This document shows, piece after piece, positions 55,788 to 64,000 of a DNA stretch of 64,000 nt. Positions within the stretch are counted from its first letter, which is position 1; each line of letters opens with the position of its first letter. The position numbers and the translations under genes were made by a program. Source of the stretch: a virus; IMG/VR virus record IMGVR_UViG_3300013132_005385, positions 32,001 to 96,000 of that record; one strand, 5' to 3'. The notes beneath the pieces are model-generated. The model saw only the letters and a program-made list of their open reading frames with translations. It had not been told where the DNA came from and made no database searches.

Positions 55788-56360
55788 TTATATGAATACA
55801 TCATCGAAATGGTCGACTGCCCATGTTAAGGATATCTCATAGATATTTGTTCCTGTATAGTTCAGCGCCATTTCCGTAATCGCCGTCATTGGAAAGCAGT
55901 CTTTACAAGTTATTCTTCTAAATACATCTCCCGCCTTATTGAACACATTAATTACTATGGTTCCTGTATAGTCTTTCTTCAGACCCATAGCTCCAGTAAG
56001 TGGATTATAGATTAGATCCGACCACTGCCTCATAGTCTTAAAAACATACATCGAATTGTTATCATCAAGGTTAATCTCGAAAGACATCTCCAGATCAAAT
56101 CCAGTTTTAGTTGGGGCTGCTCCGGAATAATATCTTTTAGCAAACTTGAATTGCTGAGAGATCTCGCCTGGGTTTTGATCTACTCCTAATCCAGATATTC
56201 TCTTAATTTGTTCCAAAAGGATATTCCCATTTCCAGGAACTCCATTTATTGGAACAACAGCAGTTGGAGGAGTAATTGTCACCTCGAACTGGTTTAAGAA
56301 TACCGGTTCAAATTTATTGACTGAAGCCTTAGAGCTAGTAAAATGTGGTAGTCCTGCCAT
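55788..56360 (-). CDS. gp19: tail tube protein, copy A (gp19-like)
   Basis: Same motifs; directly downstream of the sheath; AATATATA at 56373-56380. Confidence 0.75.
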   Translation of the reverse strand: MAGLPHFTSSKASVNKFEPVFLNQFEVTITPPTAVVPINGVPGNGNILLEQIKRISGLGVDQNPGEISQQFKFAKRYYSGAAPTKTGFDLEMSFEINLDDNNSMYVFKTMRQWSDLIYNPLTGAMGLKKDYTGTIVINVFNKAGDVFRRITCKDCFPMTAITEMALNYTGTNIYEISLTWAVDHFDDVFI

Positions 56361-56403
56361 TCCTTTTTATTTTATATATTTGTCCTTATCAACTGGACAA
56401 AAA

Positions 56404-59400
56404 TTAGCTGAACTGTATAAATCCTCCAGAGCTGATTCCTCCAGTTCTAGTAACCGTCAATCTGTTGATAAACTTATGAATACCTCTTGCAGGCTCAACT
56501 ATAACATCGATTATTCCCAAGTTTTGATCTATGATTGCCGGAGTATTATTAGAAGAATCCATAATAGTCAGGTAATTGTAGATACCTCCAACAGACTTAA
56601 CTCCTGAAAGATAATTATCAACGAGAGTCTTAATTTCAAGTCTAATGTTGTCCTCGTTAAAGTCGAACACGTAGTTATTAAGAATATCTTCGATAGCTTC
56701 TTCTACAGTGATTAACAGATCCCTAACATGCAAGTTGTTGAAAGCTGAATTAGTTCTTTGATATCCAGTTTGGTTACCGTATATTACTAGTCCTATGCCT
56801 CTTCTTCTAACAATAGGGTTAATTCCAAAAGGCTCTAGAAAATCCCTGTCATCGTTACCAAAATCATATTCCAAACCGATTAGATTTGCTCCTGAAAGTA
56901 TACCCCTTTTCTGACCAGCTACGATTGAATAAGGCTCTCCAGTGATGAATTTTCTAATAAAGTTATTAGAAACGTGAGCAGCAGGAGGTATGTTCAAATT
57001 CTTACCATTTTCTCTAATTGTTAGGAAAGGGGAGAAGAATCCGCAGAATTTAGCTCCCAAATCTTCATCAGGAAGAGTAAATCTAAATGAAGGATTCAAT
57101 GATAGATTTCCTCCGTCTGCTATGTATTTAGGATTCAATAGAGGCTGTGGCTCTGTTGCTGTTGGTAATTCTGTAAATCTAGGATCTATAGAGTCGATGA
57201 ACTTCTTAATAGATGGAGAATTACAGATTGCCAAACATTTTTGACGAAGCTTAGCAAGTCTTGATAACTGATTTTTTGAATTAGTTTGAAGACCTCCATC
57301 GAACGTATCAACAATGTATCTGAATGTAATAATGTTTCTATCAGCAAGGGTTTTAGCGAGATTAGTGTTGAAAAGAACATCTAATATCTCGTTTAGTCTA
57401 GTTTCAGTCCCATCGGGTTTATGTGAGGCCTTAATCTTAAATCCAGGAAGGTATGACAAGGTGTACGTGTTAATAAACTTGTGTATTGCCTTGAATTTGT
57501 TAACCTTAGAAGGTACCCCAGGATAAAGCTTGATAGGTCTATCTGTTTTTACGTAGATAGTATACTGACCTGGAGATCCAGGAATAGGAACCTTTCTTAC
57601 CTCGATTATTCTTGTTAATCTACTTTGAACGTTTTCTACTGATGGGTTATCAAACAACTGAAGATCCGTAGATACCAAGAGATCCCCAACCCTAATGAAT
57701 TTATTATTTGCTTCGGTAGTCGTGATTTCAACGACATTCTGAGAAACCTGAGATATAATATCTACATATTCGTTAAGGTTGCCTGCAAGAGAAACTATAA
57801 CAAACTCATATGTGCCTGCCTGGTTCAATGGAACCGCTACTGAGCTTTTATATGTAAGACCAAAATCCTCGACTGATTCTGCAGATGAGAAATCTGAATC
57901 TTGATATGCTCTGATTATTAAGTAATCAAATCCGTCTCTATCAATATTCTTTTCAAATTTAAGATATTGCACGCTTGATCCTGTTGAATCTTTCCAAGCT
58001 ACGTCACCATCAGTAACGTTTCCTATGGTCCAATCCTGGTATGCTGGGGAGTTCTCGTAAGCGATGTAGCTATCATTTACTCCAACTAATTCTCCAGGAA
58101 TATCGGGTGATCCAAAAACATCATCGTAGTCAAAGTAATCTGGACTACCAAGCTGGTATGCGTTGCTTGATGTGTTTTTGTTGGTGTCGTCCCAAGGTTC
58201 AATATAAGTGGTACCTGCAGTAGATCCTACTAAAGGATGACTAAATCTAATTCTAAGCTGAGTTTGATATCCAACTGGTAGAGTTCCGTCGGTAACAAAT
58301 TTCACCTCTTCAACTTTCAATTTCGCTAATTCATCCACGAAAAATCCAAGGTATCCAGCTGCAGGAAGAGTATTCATAACCTTACCTATGATAAATCTCT
58401 TAGAAGGAGATGATGTTGTTGGCGTAAGATAAGCCTTCAAAGTTGTGATCTGATCTGCATAATTTACTCCAGTAAATGCTGTTTGTAAATAAGGGAGTCC
58501 TCCATCTCTTGCGGATGCTGAGTATGTTTGCATATCAGCAATATCAATACCTTTATCTCCAAGTGAAGTGAAGGAAGTAAAGAGATTGTCTCCTAATAAA
58601 GATCCTGTTTCTATTAGGGATAGACCCGGAGAAGATGCTTCAGCAATCTCTGTTCCTGTAGATGATCCGTCTATGCTCTTAGCGTAGATGAAATCTGAAA
58701 CTAAAACTTGGTTATATGAAAGAAAATCAACTTTTTTAGGGATTGATACGATGTCAGAGTCAACTGAGATCTCATCTATTAAATGGTGTCCAACAAGATC
58801 AACCAAACTAGTGTTAGATCCTAAATCGTCCAATGCCTCTTCGTTTACCGCACAAAGTATTCCGGTTTGTCCAGTCTCGTTATTGATTAGGGTCTTAACG
58901 TATCTGTTAATTCCGTTTTGATCAACAAAATCAGGGATAAAAGTTCCTGTAATGCTTAGAACAACGTTTATCTGGTTGAGAGATAAAAAGTCGTCTATTC
59001 TAGACTTGATGAATCCTTTTGTGGTAAAATATGAGCTAAATATTGGATCGTTTGCCAATGTAGCATAATTTGTCCAATTTCCGCTTATTACGATCACATC
59101 AACAAAATAGTCTGAGATGTAATCATAAGGGTGCATGAAGCTTGGTACGTTCGCAGCACCAAAATATTCGGATGCTAAGATATCGAATCCATTTAATGGA
59201 ATTCTAGAATCCAGTGACTTTTTAACTATAACGCTAACGGGATTTTGTCCAAGGTTAACTATATGAAAAAGCTTATTCTTATCCGGTTGTGTTCCGCTAG
59301 AATCTGCAGTAGCCAATAGATAGTTAGGATCTGGGAACCAGAATTTCTCCTTATTAAAATATGAAGAAACCAATTTATCTTGGTTTTCTAAAACGGAAGA

Positions 59401-59814
59401 ATAGTCAGTTGTAGCATTCCCACCATTTATTTCCTCTGTGTCAACAGAAAATGATCTATATCTAGCCACATCGGCTCCTGCTGCATAATCAGGATCGCCG
59501 TTAACATCTACCGAATTATTTAGTTTGAGCAGGTTTAAAGCAAAAACAGGTCCTAGCTGTAAGCAGGTTTGGATTGATCTATGGAAGAAAGATCCTTTCT
59601 TTTCCAAAGTTTTGTCAATATCACCAAAAACTGCAAGTGCTGTTCTAATATCCGGGATATAAACCGGTGTATTAAAAGGACCAACATTTGAGAATCCTAC
59701 AACCAATCGGATGGTCTGTGGATTAACAATTAAGTTTTCTGAAGCATCAAATTCCAGGGTGTAAACTCCGGAGCTTTTGAAAACCGAAAGATCCAATTTC
59801 AATTTCTTAGCCAT
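56404..59814 (-). CDS. gp18: contractile tail sheath protein (gp18-like), enlarged
   Basis: SSGVYTLEFD.S, VGFS..GPFNTPV, FG; C-terminal PPAAHV, AG..RG, INPI, YGNQT, SAFNNLHVRDLL, VFDFN, D.SNNT..IID; AATATATA at 59831-59838. Confidence 0.9.
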   Translation of the reverse strand: MAKKLKLDLSVFKSSGVYTLEFDASENLIVNPQTIRLVVGFSNVGPFNTPVYIPDIRTALAVFGDIDKTLEKKGSFFHRSIQTCLQLGPVFALNLLKLNNSVDVNGDPDYAAGADVARYRSFSVDTEEINGGNATTDYSSVLENQDKLVSSYFNKEKFWFPDPNYLLATADSSGTQPDKNKLFHIVNLGQNPVSVIVKKSLDSRIPLNGFDILASEYFGAANVPSFMHPYDYISDYFVDVIVISGNWTNYATLANDPIFSSYFTTKGFIKSRIDDFLSLNQINVVLSITGTFIPDFVDQNGINRYVKTLINNETGQTGILCAVNEEALDDLGSNTSLVDLVGHHLIDEISVDSDIVSIPKKVDFLSYNQVLVSDFIYAKSIDGSSTGTEIAEASSPGLSLIETGSLLGDNLFTSFTSLGDKGIDIADMQTYSASARDGGLPYLQTAFTGVNYADQITTLKAYLTPTTSSPSKRFIIGKVMNTLPAAGYLGFFVDELAKLKVEEVKFVTDGTLPVGYQTQLRIRFSHPLVGSTAGTTYIEPWDDTNKNTSSNAYQLGSPDYFDYDDVFGSPDIPGELVGVNDSYIAYENSPAYQDWTIGNVTDGDVAWKDSTGSSVQYLKFEKNIDRDGFDYLIIRAYQDSDFSSAESVEDFGLTYKSSVAVPLNQAGTYEFVIVSLAGNLNEYVDIISQVSQNVVEITTTEANNKFIRVGDLLVSTDLQLFDNPSVENVQSRLTRIIEVRKVPIPGSPGQYTIYVKTDRPIKLYPGVPSKVNKFKAIHKFINTYTLSYLPGFKIKASHKPDGTETRLNEILDVLFNTNLAKTLADRNIITFRYIVDTFDGGLQTNSKNQLSRLAKLRQKCLAICNSPSIKKFIDSIDPRFTELPTATEPQPLLNPKYIADGGNLSLNPSFRFTLPDEDLGAKFCGFFSPFLTIRENGKNLNIPPAAHVSNNFIRKFITGEPYSIVAGQKRGILSGANLIGLEYDFGNDDRDFLEPFGINPIVRRRGIGLVIYGNQTGYQRTNSAFNNLHVRDLLITVEEAIEDILNNYVFDFNEDNIRLEIKTLVDNYLSGVKSVGGIYNYLTIMDSSNNTPAIIDQNLGIIDVIVEPARGIHKFINRLTVTRTGGISSGGFIQFS

Positions 59815-59890
59815 TTGAGATTTTTATTTGTATATATTTAGAAGTTGGGATTTTTCTATCCTCCTCTTTCTCTATATATATCTTTTCTCT

Positions 59891-61708
59891 TTAGGAATCA
59901 AGGAGGGAATTTACAAATCGATAGGAGCTTAAATCCGAATTCATTTGAGCATTAGGATCGTTGGAGTTATTTCCAAGCTTAGTCTCTATCTCTTTTTTGA
60001 ATTTTTCCGGTATTGTATCATAGACATCCATCACAAGATCGTCAAAATCACTACTCTCAAAACATGACGCTGTATTAACTATGGTCATTGCTATATCATC
60101 CTTACCAACCTGGCTAGAATATGACCCCCTGGACGTTATTCCAAAATTAGAAAGCTCAAAAACAGAGTTTTTTTCAGTTATTACTATTCTATTGTTTCTG
60201 CAAAGTGATTTGGTATCCTCGCAGTATTTTTCCTTATTCTTTGGGGTTAGCTTCACCCCTGGTCTTAACTGTTTGGTCGATTCCGAATGTTTGGAATAAA
60301 CAAACATCTCCTGAACTATTTCGTCACCCTCGAGAAGCTTATCCATTAGATTTTCTCCCTTATAATCTAATTCCAATACAATTTTCACATTTTCATTACC
60401 CAATACCCTGGAGCAAAGAATCTCAATTATTATTTTAAGTTCCTCAATCTGAACCACATTAGATCTGAACATTCCCACCTGTAAAAGACAGAAAAAATCA
60501 CTTTCAGACTCAAAAAATCTCCTTTCCTGAATTGCTGATGTTGGCATGGGAGACACCTTAAATATATTTACTACTGAGAAGTCTCCTCCCCCACCTCCTG
60601 CAGTGTCTATAGAAATGACGAATCTCTGACTTGCATCACTTTCGAAAATTGATGTTGGGTCAAACTTGGGATGCCACACTAATCCGGAATAATCAACCTG
60701 GCTGTTTTCAAAAGGGGAAAGATCATGAAAAATAAAATCATTTTGATTTTTTCTCATCTTCTTAAGCGTTGATGAGTCCAATAAGAGCCTAGAACTCGCC
60801 AAAAACTGACATCCGTATTCCTGATTAAAATCTTCTTCGGATCCCAAACTGGCTATCTCCTTTCTTCTCCATTCCTCGTCTCTCCCTGGTACCTGCCACC
60901 ATTCGACCCTTATCGGGTTGAAATCATTCTCCTTATTCAATGCCGCCTTGTATATCTCATAGAATTTATTCTGTCCATTGGGCGTAGATGTGATAATAAT
61001 CCTTGCTATCTGTGAGGAAGAAATTGTGGGGTATACAGATCTAAAGAAGCTGTCTATGAAGTTAGCATTAATGTGAGCAAACTCGTCCATGTATAACATA
61101 TGAACAGTATAACCGATTGAAGATGTTTTGGTTGTGGTCTTAGCCATGATTCTACAACCATTATCGAATCTCATCGTCATTACATTATAGATTTTCAATC
61201 CAGGTTTCATAAAAAATGGAAGTCCCTTCATAATAATCTTGATCTTGTCCATTAATTCCGCAGCAGTATCCCCGATATTCGCCATAATTATGGCGTTCTT
61301 CTCGAAGTTAAATAATAGATACCATAGCAGAAATATTGAAGATGTGATAGTCTTTCCCGATTGCCTAGGTGAAACAAATATGTTTTTGCGATGATTTTGA
61401 TATTGCCTTAGAATCTGGATCTGATAATCCCTTAGAATTATCTGTCTGATCCCTTCATCTGTCATTACGTGACAATATTTGTCCGCAAAATAAACAACAT
61501 CCGTCGCGCACTTTTTTATTTCTTCTAGCTCTTCCTCGGTGTACTCAAAAAGGACGTCACCCTTTCTTAATTCTGGATCGTTCTCATGGAATGGGTTATC
61601 AAATTCCTTGTAATCTATACCAATCTCTTCTGCATCTCTGAGAAGTTTGTTTACTCTCTCAGTAGACCAATAATTTCCCCTTTCTGTATTTTGTGTGCTA
61701 TTATCCAT
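59891..61708 (-). CDS. gp17: terminase large subunit (gp17-like)
   Basis: LRDYQ, SPRQSGKT, YMDEFAH, IITSTPNG.N.FY, F.QEY.C.F, IDTAGG..GDFS, KDDIAM. Confidence 0.93.
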   Translation of the reverse strand: MDNSTQNTERGNYWSTERVNKLLRDAEEIGIDYKEFDNPFHENDPELRKGDVLFEYTEEELEEIKKCATDVVYFADKYCHVMTDEGIRQIILRDYQIQILRQYQNHRKNIFVSPRQSGKTITSSIFLLWYLLFNFEKNAIIMANIGDTAAELMDKIKIIMKGLPFFMKPGLKIYNVMTMRFDNGCRIMAKTTTKTSSIGYTVHMLYMDEFAHINANFIDSFFRSVYPTISSSQIARIIITSTPNGQNKFYEIYKAALNKENDFNPIRVEWWQVPGRDEEWRRKEIASLGSEEDFNQEYGCQFLASSRLLLDSSTLKKMRKNQNDFIFHDLSPFENSQVDYSGLVWHPKFDPTSIFESDASQRFVISIDTAGGGGGDFSVVNIFKVSPMPTSAIQERRFFESESDFFCLLQVGMFRSNVVQIEELKIIIEILCSRVLGNENVKIVLELDYKGENLMDKLLEGDEIVQEMFVYSKHSESTKQLRPGVKLTPKNKEKYCEDTKSLCRNNRIVITEKNSVFELSNFGITSRGSYSSQVGKDDIAMTIVNTASCFESSDFDDLVMDVYDTIPEKFKKEIETKLGNNSNDPNAQMNSDLSSYRFVNSLLDS

Positions 61709-61713
61709 AAAAA

Positions 61714-62469
61714 TTAAGCGTCAAATAATTCATCATCTATATCTAAAAAACAATCGTCTCCATCTTCACCCAATGGATTTTCCTTCTTAGCTGGGTTAAC
61801 TAGACTATCATCGTGGTCTATTATTTCGGCCTCTTTCACAATAACATTGGTCTTCATTAAGTTCTGCAGGCCCTCCATTAGAGATTTATTTCCCCTAACT
61901 TTTAGGGTCTCGCCTGGGTTTATAGATGTTACATTTCCATTTTCATCTAAAGCTATGGGATTAGAATTCTGTTTGTGTTCAGCCTCAACTTTAAGCTGTT
62001 TATAGCTTTTTTCCATCTGCGTCATATAGGAAGAAAAGTTTTTAGGCATCTGCATCATCTGATTTTGGAGCTGTGCTAAAACCTCAAACATTCTAGGCTG
62101 GAAGTTTCCCGAGTCTATTTCTTCAAGAAGCTTAGTTATTGCATGCTGTGCGGTTCTAACATTAAAAGCCATGATCGATACGTTTAAGGCATCTATTTTT
62201 TGCTTTTCATTAATATATTCTTTACCTTCTAATAAATTTGGATCCCAATAAAAATCGGCCAGGGCATTAAGAATTCTTTTTGCCTCTGACTCCACATCAT
62301 TTTTTATGACATCAATGTTCATAGCCCTTTGAGGCTTTAGCGGAGGTAAATTTGGGTTTTCTATCCCATTAAGCATCTCATCAGCTAGGAGTATTTCATC
62401 TAAACTCTTTTTAAGTTCCAGCTCCTTTTGCTTGTTAAGTTCTCTATTTTTTGGTTTTCTTCTTGGCAT
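61714..62469 (-). CDS. putative terminase small subunit (gp16-like)
   Basis: PRMFEVLAQL motif; immediately upstream of the large terminase. Confidence 0.5.
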   Translation of the reverse strand: MPRRKPKNRELNKQKELELKKSLDEILLADEMLNGIENPNLPPLKPQRAMNIDVIKNDVESEAKRILNALADFYWDPNLLEGKEYINEKQKIDALNVSIMAFNVRTAQHAITKLLEEIDSGNFQPRMFEVLAQLQNQMMQMPKNFSSYMTQMEKSYKQLKVEAEHKQNSNPIALDENGNVTSINPGETLKVRGNKSLMEGLQNLMKTNVIVKEAEIIDHDDSLVNPAKKENPLGEDGDDCFLDIDDELFDA

Positions 62470-62472
62470 AAA

Positions 62473-64000
62473 TTATCTATTTCTTGCTACCTTTGGAAGT
62501 CTAAGAATTGGCTTAGCATTATCTATAATGATTGCTAACTGAGCATCTCCTACAACGTTCTGATTAAGTATAGCTGATTGTTTTCCCTCTTCTATCATGT
62601 TCTGGAATATTCTTATGTTTGTCAGGAGAAGAGGAGACGAAGAGACTTTATAAGAATAATTATTGGTACCGTAAAATTCGCTGTCATAATCTGTTTCTAT
62701 AACTTCCGGTATATCAAAAGTATATGCTTGATTTATAGTTCCAACTAGGGAATGGACCAGACTTAAATCGGAGGTCTGAGCCATCGGATTGCTGGGGTCG
62801 TATGTCATTTTCCATACGTTTAATGAATACTGCTTGAATATATTGGAGAAATTAAAAACAAAACCGTACCAATCTTCCAAATCTGGAATAAACTCTCCCA
62901 AAACACTGGATATATTTTTACCGAATGGTGAATATATCTCTAGGTTATTTATCTTCACTCTAAAACTTCCAGTTTGAATGTATTCATTCTTGCCGGGCTC
63001 GTTTGTTCCGCTCCAAATCACATCCATTCTTATACCCGATCCCGAATAATACCCATTAATTAGGTTTCTTAGCTGGGCTTTTTGCATTTTCCATAAAGCT
63101 GTGGATGCGGGGAGAGGCGCCCCCGAGTCCTTAACAATAAAAGTGTATTGGTCTGGAATAGAGATAACCTCGAAACCACCAGATCTAACTCCATCACCCA
63201 ATATGGAAACAAATCCATCTGGATTAGGTCCTAAAGAGAGATCATGTGGGATAGGAGCGGTTGTATAAGTTATTGTTCCCGGAGCAGTTGCTAATATGCT
63301 GAGGGATAACTTGGGAGCTGGTCTAAAAACTAGCTTGGATTTGTCTATATAATTTTGAGCTCTAAACCAGCAAGTAAAACTTCTTTCCTCATCGTTACCT
63401 AATACGGGCCTTGATTTCCATCTGACCGCGTCTTTTTCCTCGTCTTTTAAAATCTGAGGCGGTGAAGTAGGAGTAACCGTGTTTGGATCATCGACAAACA
63501 ATCTTGCCAGATCATAATAAGCATTAAATACTATGGTCCAGTTGTTATTTAGATCATACTCAATTATAGGTAATAGCTTGTGAATATATGATCTCGTTGG
63601 ATCCTCGAATCTTCTCTGTGATGTTGTCACATATTGTTGGGGTTTAGTAAGCTTAGTTTGCTGATCCTCAACCTCTGCACCGAAAAGATCCTTTGTGTTT
63701 ATAGTGTAATCATGAAGACCCGCTTCTGCTGCTGGATCAACCCAATTTGTATTCTTTTGAATCTCATATTTAGCCAATTGGCACTTGAAATAAACCGGAT
63801 AATTATTAAAATCCCTAAATAAATATGTGGATTCTATCCTGTATATCCTGTTTGTTATTGGAAAATATATGATATCCCTTTTTCTTGGTTGTGATCCTTT
63901 ACCAAAAATAGATTCAAAATATCTCCTATCAATGTGTATTTCAAACGGAGTTTCAAACTGGAGACCAAAAGAATCGAAGTTTATTTTTGCATCAGGAAAA
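62473..64000 (-). CDS. neck protein (gp14-like) fused to a LamG-like domain, partial
   Basis: Frame stays open to the window end: FPDAKINFDSFGLQFETPFEIHIDRRYFESIFGKGSQPRKRDIIYFPITNRIYRIES...KCQLAKYE (gp14 pattern); later SFTCWF, WYGFVFN, LTNIRIF. Confidence 0.6.
   Translation of the reverse strand, partial: FPDAKINFDSFGLQFETPFEIHIDRRYFESIFGKGSQPRKRDIIYFPITNRIYRIESTYLFRDFNNYPVYFKCQLAKYEIQKNTNWVDPAAEAGLHDYTINTKDLFGAEVEDQQTKLTKPQQYVTTSQRRFEDPTRSYIHKLLPIIEYDLNNNWTIVFNAYYDLARLFVDDPNTVTPTSPPQILKDEEKDAVRWKSRPVLGNDEERSFTCWFRAQNYIDKSKLVFRPAPKLSLSILATAPGTITYTTAPIPHDLSLGPNPDGFVSILGDGVRSGGFEVISIPDQYTFIVKDSGAPLPASTALWKMQKAQLRNLINGYYSGSGIRMDVIWSGTNEPGKNEYIQTGSFRVKINNLEIYSPFGKNISSVLGEFIPDLEDWYGFVFNFSNIFKQYSLNVWKMTYDPSNPMAQTSDLSLVHSLVGTINQAYTFDIPEVIETDYDSEFYGTNNYSYKVSSSPLLLTNIRIFQNMIEEGKQSAILNQNVVGDAQLAIIIDNAKPILRLPKVARNR

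Noticed and set aside
59891-61708. Intein or intron in the terminase
   Set aside because: Continuous 605-aa ORF of normal size with no splicing motifs
62473-63777. ORF-track start at 63777
   Set aside because: The frame is open to the window end with gp14-like sequence; the true start lies outside the window
1-64000. Alternative genetic code (stop-codon reassignment as in some jumbo phages)
   Set aside because: Core genes are full length in code 11, and TAA, TAG (for example 26560, 32114, 42717) and TGA all end genes at sensible boundaries
1-64000. Eukaryotic giant virus, suggested by the GTs, collagen and NEIL1-like gene
   Set aside because: gp23, gp20, gp18, gp19, gp17, gp55 and an ECF sigma define a tailed bacteriophage

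Overview
AT-rich, gene-dense, mostly minus-strand segment of a large T4-related (jumbo-type) myophage genome, read in the standard genetic code. The host is probably Bacteroidota, inferred from TAnnTTTG promoter elements and A-rich starts lacking Shine-Dalgarno sequences. The window holds the core morphogenesis module: gp14-like neck (partial), small and large terminase, tail sheath, TWO tail tubes, gp26-like chaperone, gp55, gp4, gp2, TWO full-length portals, a gp21 protease fused to a repeat scaffold, and gp23 capsid. It also carries collagen-containing fibres, replication/repair genes (clamp loader, RNase H/5' exonuclease, Gmk, dCMP deaminase, a NEIL1-like glycosylase, a catalytically degenerate UvdE), a glycosyltransferase cluster, and a family of putative capsid-internal proteins with T4 CTS-like FxxF..E motifs. 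Most notable observations: (1) a late-expressed RimK ATP-grasp/aspartic-peptidase fusion beside a (DTEEE)x17 polyacidic protein and convergent with an AsnB amidotransferase; (2) duplicated portals; (3) a three-tier promoter cascade readable in the DNA (host TAnnTTTG, then phage ECF GRAAY-N16-GTAWAA, then late RATATATA); (4) an animal-NEIL1-like glycosylase; (5) PG-binding/annexin-like/Gly-rich putative ejection proteins; (6) a candidate +1 frameshift in the tail chaperone. All family assignments come from motif recognition by eye; no searches were run.
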